From IMG/VR virus record IMGVR_UViG_3300039191_000526: a stretch of DNA of 64,000 nt; one strand, written 5' to 3'. Positions 58,074-64,000 of the stretch are shown in pieces. Under the pieces are notes generated by a model, which worked only from the letters and a program-made list of their open reading frames with translations, was not told the origin of the DNA and ran no database searches. Made by a program: the position numbers and the translations under genes. Numbering within the stretch: the first letter of the stretch is position 1; each line of letters begins with the position of its first letter. Source of the DNA: an uncultured virus (IMG/VR IMGVR_UViG_3300039191_000526) (Duplodnaviria > Heunggongvirae > Uroviricota > Caudoviricetes).

Positions 58074-59186
58074 TTACCACATACATTCTTCTTCAAAATC
58101 ATTTTTATTATCATCTGATAACTTTCTTACCATACCAATTCTTTGTTCAATTTCTTTTTTTTCGGTTTCATTTTCAATTGGAACAAAATAATCTTTTATT
58201 TTTATAAAATAATCAGTAGATAATCTACCTGGTAAAGAAGTTTTTATCGATTTATTGTCATTATAATATATATTTTCATTATCTTTTTTTCCATCTTTAT
58301 AATAATCTCCAGTTTTAGGATCAATCCCATTTTGATTTGATTTTTTAAAATTATATATTGCCTTAATAATTCGATATTCTTTATTAAATCTTTTATCAGA
58401 TTCAACATAATTTTTATCAACAATTTTATCATTACTATTAATGATAAAATCATTAATTTTATCTTCTTTAATACCTTTATAATAAGCTTTAATATTAAGA
58501 TTTTCATTTATATAAAAAGGTTTATAATAACAATCAATGCTTTTATTAGTTTCTTTTTGAATAATAGAATTAATCTTTGATAATCTTTCTTTATTATTAT
58601 CCAATGTTAAATATTTTTCTATAGTATAATTAAAAAACTTAACTTCTTGTTTAAAAGAATTAATTACGTTTTTAAATTTATTAATTTTGTTTTTTAATAA
58701 ATCTAATGTATCTTCTATATTAAATTTAATTGATATAACTTCTTTATTTTTTGAAATTAAACAGGAATAACACCATTGTTCCCATGTATTATTATTTGAA
58801 AAATTATGAGTTGATTTAATTAATAAGGCTACATTTTCATTATAATGATTTTTATCTTTTATTACTAAAACTTTTTTATTTTTTATTTGATTATTTTTCA
58901 TTATAACCCCATTATTTTTAGAATCATCATTAATACCACTCATATCTGCTTGTATTTGTCCCCCTTGAAAATCAAATAAACATTCTTTCCATTTTTTTGA
59001 TAATATTAAATTGGTAGTATTATTTATTAATTGTTCTTGTGACTCATAAATATTATCAATTTTAATAGTATCATGTTGAATTATTATTACTTGATCGCCT
59101 CTATTAATTTTATCAAATTTAACTTCTTTTAAATCTTTAGCTAATTCAACTTTAATATCCATTTTACCTTTAATTTTTATAGACAT
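58074..59186 (-). CDS. Hypothetical protein, paralog of 59358 ORF
   Basis: YKPFY....LNIKAY, G..P.TGDYYK.G.K.NE; GGAGG SD before 59186. Confidence 0.7.
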   Translation of the reverse strand: MSIKIKGKMDIKVELAKDLKEVKFDKINRGDQVIIIQHDTIKIDNIYESQEQLINNTTNLILSKKWKECLFDFQGGQIQADMSGINDDSKNNGVIMKNNQIKNKKVLVIKDKNHYNENVALLIKSTHNFSNNNTWEQWCYSCLISKNKEVISIKFNIEDTLDLLKNKINKFKNVINSFKQEVKFFNYTIEKYLTLDNNKERLSKINSIIQKETNKSIDCYYKPFYINENLNIKAYYKGIKEDKINDFIINSNDKIVDKNYVESDKRFNKEYRIIKAIYNFKKSNQNGIDPKTGDYYKDGKKDNENIYYNDNKSIKTSLPGRLSTDYFIKIKDYFVPIENETEKKEIEQRIGMVRKLSDDNKNDFEEECMW

Positions 59187-59357
59187 ATTATCTACCTCCA
59201 TTTTGTATGATTCAAAAAGTGCAGCCATAAATATATTATAATAAATATATAAAAGAAATGATTTTTTTAACAAAAAAAATTTAAAAATATTTTAATAATA
59301 AATAGTTAGATATTAAATCTCCAAGCAAGTTGTCGATTTAATATCTAGAGCAGAGCT

Positions 59358-60587
59358 CTATTCTTTATTTATCTTAGTCATTTCATTTACTATTTCGAAA
59401 CGTTCTTGCAAACAGTTTAATTTATCTTCATACATTTCTCTTATAGTACTATTTGCATAAATAAAATATCCCTTAATTTTTAAATATATATCGTAAGATC
59501 CAGAAAGAGTATGGTGTGCATTAACTAATATACCATCTTTATCTTTATACAATATATATTCATTATTCTTTTCTCCCCCTTTATAATAATCTCCAGTTTC
59601 AGGATTAACTCCATTATAATTAGTTTTAAATTTATACATTGCTTTAATAATTTTTAATTGTTCTTCAATTTCTGGTTTATAAGCTTTTTCACATTTTATT
59701 GTTTTATTATCATGTTTAATTATATATCCTGAATTATATTCATAATTATTACGAAGATATGCTTTAATATTAAGAGCTTTATCTTTGTAAAAAGGCTTAT
59801 AAAATCTATTAAAAATATCATTACCAAATTCATTTTTAATTAATTTTATTTTTTCTTTAGAATAATTATTTAAATGTTCTTGACAATTATAATTATAAAG
59901 TACTCTATAATTAAAAAATTTATCATATAATTTAGATTTAATTTGATTATTATTAACTAATTTATCAAGTAATTCACGAAAATTACTATTACTTAAAAAT
60001 AATGATTCTTCATTATCATTTAATATCATTATTCCTTTATTTGCATTCCATAATAATTTTTTATTACTAATATGATGGTTAAAATAAAAAACTATTATTG
60101 AGTCATTTGAAATTGGTATAGAAATATATTGTATTTTATTAATTATTTCTTCATCATTATCATTAGTTATAGACCCAACAAAAGGGTTATTAATAGTATT
60201 TTTTTTATTAAAAATATTAGTATAAATATCTTTAGTAAAATTAAAATAATCAAAATTATCATGTGGTGACATACGATCTCTAAAAACTCTATAAGGTTTA
60301 TTATTTATTATTAAAAATTGTTTATTTTCTACCTCATTTTTATATCCTATTTTTTTATGTTCATATTGTGGTTCTATAATTTTATTTTTAATACATGAAA
60401 AAGTATACAAAGAATTAAATCTAACATTTGATAATATTAAATTTTTTATTTGATTTACTTTTTTTTCTAATATTTCATTATATCTATTTTGTATTAATAT
60501 AATTTGGTCACCTATTTTTAAATCATTATAATTAATTTTATCTAAATCATCAGTTTGATAAATATCTTCTTTTATTTTTTGTAACAT
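59358..60587 (-). CDS. Hypothetical protein, paralog of 58074 ORF
   Basis: Same shared motifs. Confidence 0.7.
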   Translation of the reverse strand: MLQKIKEDIYQTDDLDKINYNDLKIGDQIILIQNRYNEILEKKVNQIKNLILSNVRFNSLYTFSCIKNKIIEPQYEHKKIGYKNEVENKQFLIINNKPYRVFRDRMSPHDNFDYFNFTKDIYTNIFNKKNTINNPFVGSITNDNDEEIINKIQYISIPISNDSIIVFYFNHHISNKKLLWNANKGIMILNDNEESLFLSNSNFRELLDKLVNNNQIKSKLYDKFFNYRVLYNYNCQEHLNNYSKEKIKLIKNEFGNDIFNRFYKPFYKDKALNIKAYLRNNYEYNSGYIIKHDNKTIKCEKAYKPEIEEQLKIIKAMYKFKTNYNGVNPETGDYYKGGEKNNEYILYKDKDGILVNAHHTLSGSYDIYLKIKGYFIYANSTIREMYEDKLNCLQERFEIVNEMTKINKE

Positions 60588-60591
60588 TATA

Positions 60592-61179
60592 TCACTCCTT
60601 ATATTGTACTAAAAAAGGTTTATCATAGATTCCATGCCACGCTTCATATTTGTCTTGAATTTTTTTAAACTCTTTATCTTCTATAAATTTAAGATGATCA
60701 TGAAATTTATCACACCCTGTGCATCCTCCATATCTTTCACCAATATAAATCATTTGTGCATTAGGATTAATTTCATGTAATTTTTTTAATACTTTATATG
60801 AAATATCATTTCTAAAATCAGGCCAACTTAATATTAATATATCAATTTGATCTCCATATTTTTCTATTGCTTTAATTGCATCAATTTTTTTAACTACTGT
60901 ATAAGTATCATCCCATTCCCTATTACCCTTATTAAACCATGAATAATCATCTGTAGCAATAATCTTAACACCTTTTTGTTGTAAGGCATATGTTAACAAG
61001 CCCAGTCCTAACATAACCTCTAGGCACCTTCTAGAGCCTATCCAATCCGCTAAAGGATTTACCCATTTCCAATTAACATGAATATATCCATATTTTGTTA
61101 TATACTCATCACGTTTTTTATATTCTTCTAACATTCCATATGAAGGTTTGTAATTAGGTATTTCAATTTCTTTTGACAT
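60592..61179 (-). CDS. SAM-dependent methyltransferase-like protein
   Basis: LEVM.G.G, IATD, ILSWP, YIGE..GGCT. Confidence 0.6.
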   Translation of the reverse strand: MSKEIEIPNYKPSYGMLEEYKKRDEYITKYGYIHVNWKWVNPLADWIGSRRCLEVMLGLGLLTYALQQKGVKIIATDDYSWFNKGNREWDDTYTVVKKIDAIKAIEKYGDQIDILILSWPDFRNDISYKVLKKLHEINPNAQMIYIGERYGGCTGCDKFHDHLKFIEDKEFKKIQDKYEAWHGIYDKPFLVQYKE

Positions 61180-61201
61180 ATTATTCCTCCTCACATTTAA
61201 T

Positions 61202-61230
61202 ATTATAACATACTTTTATTTTATTGTAAA
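61202..61230 (-). promoter_or_regulatory. Sigma-A-like promoter
   Basis: TTTACA-17 nt-TATAAT. Confidence 0.7.
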
Positions 61231-61274
61231 TAGTTTTTAAATAAAAACAAAAAAAATACACCAATTAAGGTGTA

Positions 61275-62288
61275 TTATAAACTTAATGATAATAATGTTA
61301 CAATATCATCAAAATTATAAAATTTCCATTCTCTATGAGTTTTTTGATTTTTATTTAAACATTGAGAAATACCTACTTGATTTAAATTATTTTTATTAGC
61401 AAATTTATTTTGGTTATTGAAAAAATACCATCTATTATTTTTATCAATTCCTATATATTTTGGTTGTAATTTTTTATTTTCTTTTACATATTCTTGTTGT
61501 ACTTCAGACATTTTATTCCATTTTTTGTACTTTAAAAAATACCATCCATTATGGATATGATTTTTATTAATAGAAGCTGATATACTATTTGCAGATAAAT
61601 TATGTTTTTTAGCAAATTTTCTTTGATTATTAAATTCATAAACATTTCCTTTAGGATTTATTCCAATATAATTAGGACTTACAATTTTATTGATAATTTT
61701 TTGTTTTTTCTTTTTATTAAAATTATTCCATTCATCATATTTATAAAAATCCCATCCATAGTGAAAATTAAATTTTTTATTAACACAATCAGAAATTGAT
61801 TCTTGAAGTAAATTGTGTTTTTTAGCAAATCTATTTTGGTTACTAAATTTATAAATTTCACCATTAGAATCAATTCCTATATAAAAAGGTTTTTTAGTTT
61901 TATATTTTTTTATATTATTTTTTATTGATTTACTAAAATTATCCCATTCTTGTTTTATATAAAATTTCCATCCTTTATGAAAATTAGCTGTTTTATTAAT
62001 ACAGGCTGATATATTATTTGAACGTAAATTATGTTTTCTAGCAAATTCACTTTGATTATTAAATATATGTACTTTTCCACTAGGAGAAATACCTACATAA
62101 GTAGATTTTTGTTTCCATTCATTATAATAATAAAATAACCATTTTTTATGAGTATTTTGACGATTATTTAAACAAGCTGATATACATTTGTAGTTTAAAT
62201 CATATTTTTTAGCAAAGTCTTTTTGGTTATTAAAATAATTTAATTTTCCTTTAGGACTAATTCCAGCATATTTATATACTGTTGACAT
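61275..62288 (-). CDS. Protein of five NUMOD1/IENR1-like HTH repeats, no nuclease domain
   Basis: Five copies of Y.GI...G....F.NQ..FA.K..L....IS.C.N.....H..W.F. Confidence 0.75.
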   Translation of the reverse strand: MSTVYKYAGISPKGKLNYFNNQKDFAKKYDLNYKCISACLNNRQNTHKKWLFYYYNEWKQKSTYVGISPSGKVHIFNNQSEFARKHNLRSNNISACINKTANFHKGWKFYIKQEWDNFSKSIKNNIKKYKTKKPFYIGIDSNGEIYKFSNQNRFAKKHNLLQESISDCVNKKFNFHYGWDFYKYDEWNNFNKKKKQKIINKIVSPNYIGINPKGNVYEFNNQRKFAKKHNLSANSISASINKNHIHNGWYFLKYKKWNKMSEVQQEYVKENKKLQPKYIGIDKNNRWYFFNNQNKFANKNNLNQVGISQCLNKNQKTHREWKFYNFDDIVTLLSLSL

Positions 62289-62394
62289 CTTACCACTCCT
62301 TATTTTTTATTTATTATTATAATATAATAACCAATAAGACTTTTTAACAAAAAAAGCTATGTATTTAAAAATACATAGCTTTAATAAATAATTT

Positions 62395-62742
62395 TTATAT
62401 TTTTTCTATTTCATTAGGTGCTAAAGTGTGTATATCAACTTTAAATAATACATTATCTTTTTTTAAAGTTACAATACGTCCAACCTTTATAATAGTTGCT
62501 TCTATTGGAGCGTTAATTTTTATGTATACTCCTTTTTTACTAATAAATGGATATTGAGTTAATTTTTCTATTAAAGTGGGGTGTATTAATTCATTCATTA
62601 TTTTTTCTTTATCAGTTTCAATAAGTTTAATAAAATTATCTTTTTTAACATGATCTTCAATTTCATAAGAAAGTGTTTGCAAAAGTTTAACTTTTTTGCC
62701 TTTATCCTTTGAAGTAAAATTAATAGGTTTCGCACTATTCAT
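62395..62742 (-). CDS. Hypothetical protein
   Basis: AAGGAGG SD before MNSAK; promoter at 62767-62795. Confidence 0.65.
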   Translation of the reverse strand: MNSAKPINFTSKDKGKKVKLLQTLSYEIEDHVKKDNFIKLIETDKEKIMNELIHPTLIEKLTQYPFISKKGVYIKINAPIEATIIKVGRIVTLKKDNVLFKVDIHTLAPNEIEKI

Positions 62743-62766
62743 TGTATCACCTCCTTTATTAATTAT

Positions 62767-62795
62767 ATTATAACATATTAATATAGTTTTGTAAA
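62767..62795 (-). promoter_or_regulatory. Sigma-A-like promoter
   Basis: TTTACA-17 nt-TATAAT. Confidence 0.7.
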
Positions 62796-62848
62796 CATTT
62801 TTTAAAAAAATAATAATAAAAAAATGCACCAATTAAGGTGCATTATAA

Positions 62849-63469
62849 TTATTCTTCTATATTATATATTTCTTTATCAATAATTCCATGAATTTCTTTT
62901 TGGTTTTTTGCTAATACTTCTTTATCATGTTTATATTTATTTGAGTTATATTCATCAGTACTCATTCCATCCATTAAATAATAAGTCAATGCCGCTGAAG
63001 CTGCATCGGTAACATCATCAGTAAATTCTTTAATAAAGTTAGTCCTACCAAATACTTCAAATATCTTTTCTGCAACTTCTTGTTTTATTTCATCTCCACT
63101 TTTCTTTGTCCCATCTTCTTTTTTACGTTTCATACCATTTAATACTTTTGATTTTAAAGTCATTACTGAATAATAAGTATATGGTATTTCATATTGAGCA
63201 AATAATAATAATGCAACCCCATGAACATGAGATAATTTACGTAATGTTTTAACATTTCTACTATAAAATTCTTGTTCAATTCCAATCTTATCAATATCAT
63301 ACTTATCTAAAATACTGCTTAATATTTTATGAATTTTTAACATTGCTTTATCTTCTTCTAAATCATCAGTTGAAATGTATCCATAATCAATAATTTCAAA
63401 TTCTTCATCATCAAATAAGAAAAACCCAGTACTACTTAAGCTTGGATCAATTCCTAGAATAGTTGACAT
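62849..63469 (-). CDS. ruvC: RuvC-like Holliday junction resolvase
   Basis: ILGIDPSLSSTG, IE, L...HGV, K, DD.TDA. Confidence 0.88.
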   Translation of the reverse strand: MSTILGIDPSLSSTGFFLFDDEEFEIIDYGYISTDDLEEDKAMLKIHKILSSILDKYDIDKIGIEQEFYSRNVKTLRKLSHVHGVALLLFAQYEIPYTYYSVMTLKSKVLNGMKRKKEDGTKKSGDEIKQEVAEKIFEVFGRTNFIKEFTDDVTDAASAALTYYLMDGMSTDEYNSNKYKHDKEVLAKNQKEIHGIIDKEIYNIEE

Positions 63470-63548
63470 ATTTTATCACCCTACTTTTTTTATATTCTGT
63501 ATTAATATAATAAAAAAAGTAGGGCAAAAAATTAGCAAATAATTTCAA

Positions 63549-63950
63549 TTATTTTTTAAAAGAAATGAATTCTTCAATATCTAATATTTCTTCACCATTA
63601 ATATCTTGTTTAATTGATATTTTAGGGCCTTTAGATTGACTATAACTAAAATAGACAGTATGTATATGTGGTATTGGCTTTCCATTTAATTTGATTATAG
63701 TATTATATGATTCTCCATTAGATAAAATTTCAACTTTATTTTTCATTTTATCAATTAGCGATTGTATTGGGGTTTTAATTAATATTTGTTTTGGAGTAAA
63801 TTTTATATTACAATAATCCTTTTCATCATCCAATGAAAATCTAGCTTCAGCTTTAAAAATATTATTCATTAAATTATTATTTACATATATAAGAGTATGG
63901 TTGGGATTATTATAATCATATATTATCCTTAAATAATAGTCATTTTCCAT
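63549..63950 (-). CDS. Hypothetical protein with internal duplication
   Basis: T.I..N...(M/I)..I twice; AAGGAGG SD. Confidence 0.6.
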   Translation of the reverse strand: MENDYYLRIIYDYNNPNHTLIYVNNNLMNNIFKAEARFSLDDEKDYCNIKFTPKQILIKTPIQSLIDKMKNKVEILSNGESYNTIIKLNGKPIPHIHTVYFSYSQSKGPKISIKQDINGEEILDIEEFISFKK

Positions 63951-64000
63951 TATTATTCCTCCTTTTTTAACCCTTCACTAATCGACCTCTTTAATACTTC

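Noticed and set aside
4272..61873. Short antisense or overlapping ORF-track entries (4272, 12909, 13958, 18972, 19543, 21248, 23920, 32029, 35069, 37259, 39737, 41570, 42561, 51044, 56186, 58244, 61602, 61679)
   Set aside because: They overlap better-supported genes and have the F/I/L/S-rich composition typical of shadow frames in AT-rich DNA.
49527..62846. Recurrent CAATTAAG-loop hairpins (about 49530, 61255, 62822) as a novel element
   Set aside because: Each lies just after a - strand stop codon with a U-tract; ordinary intrinsic terminators explain them.
1..64000. Genome-wide stop-codon reassignment
   Set aside because: Long conserved genes are intact in code 11 and TAA, TAG and TGA all terminate genes; only two isolated in-frame TAA cases were seen.

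Overview
Very AT-rich, densely coding 64 kb segment that reads as part of a large (jumbo-type) phage genome, mostly on the - strand. It has Firmicute-style GGAGG Shine-Dalgarno sites and many sigma-A-like TTTACA-N17-TATAAT promoters. The host is probably an anaerobic Firmicute, possibly diderm (inference from class III RNR, Firmicute-type CheY and a CsgG-like secreted protein). Recognisable genes cover replication, recombination and nucleotide metabolism (RecA, UvsW-like helicase, primase catalytic core, two SSBs, SbcC/SbcD, RuvC, NrdD/NrdG, 5'-nucleotidase, HIT, PhoH), signalling and counter-defence (HD-GYP, CheY, Apyc1-like MBL hydrolase, orphan MazF, Ser/Thr phosphatase) and a PAAR protein. 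Most notable: (1) a radical SAM/SPASM enzyme with non-canonical Cys spacing upstream of three genes sharing an invariant N-terminal MKIRNGFVTNSSSSSF peptide, a candidate modification system; (2) more than 30 small proteins from several unrelated families ending in a similar C-terminal helix ([ED]-x-[LFI]-[LI]-x-x-x-K-L); (3) a class III RNR whose glycyl-radical loop is a separate 45-aa ORF absent from the ORF track; (4) an expanded family of degenerate Pth2-like proteins; (5) a 1.2 kb non-coding block with a GC-rich double hairpin, TTTACAC motifs and about 25 TTTTATTATATA repeats. I saw no tRNA, rRNA, CRISPR array or transposase. All functional calls come from motif recognition by eye, without database searches.
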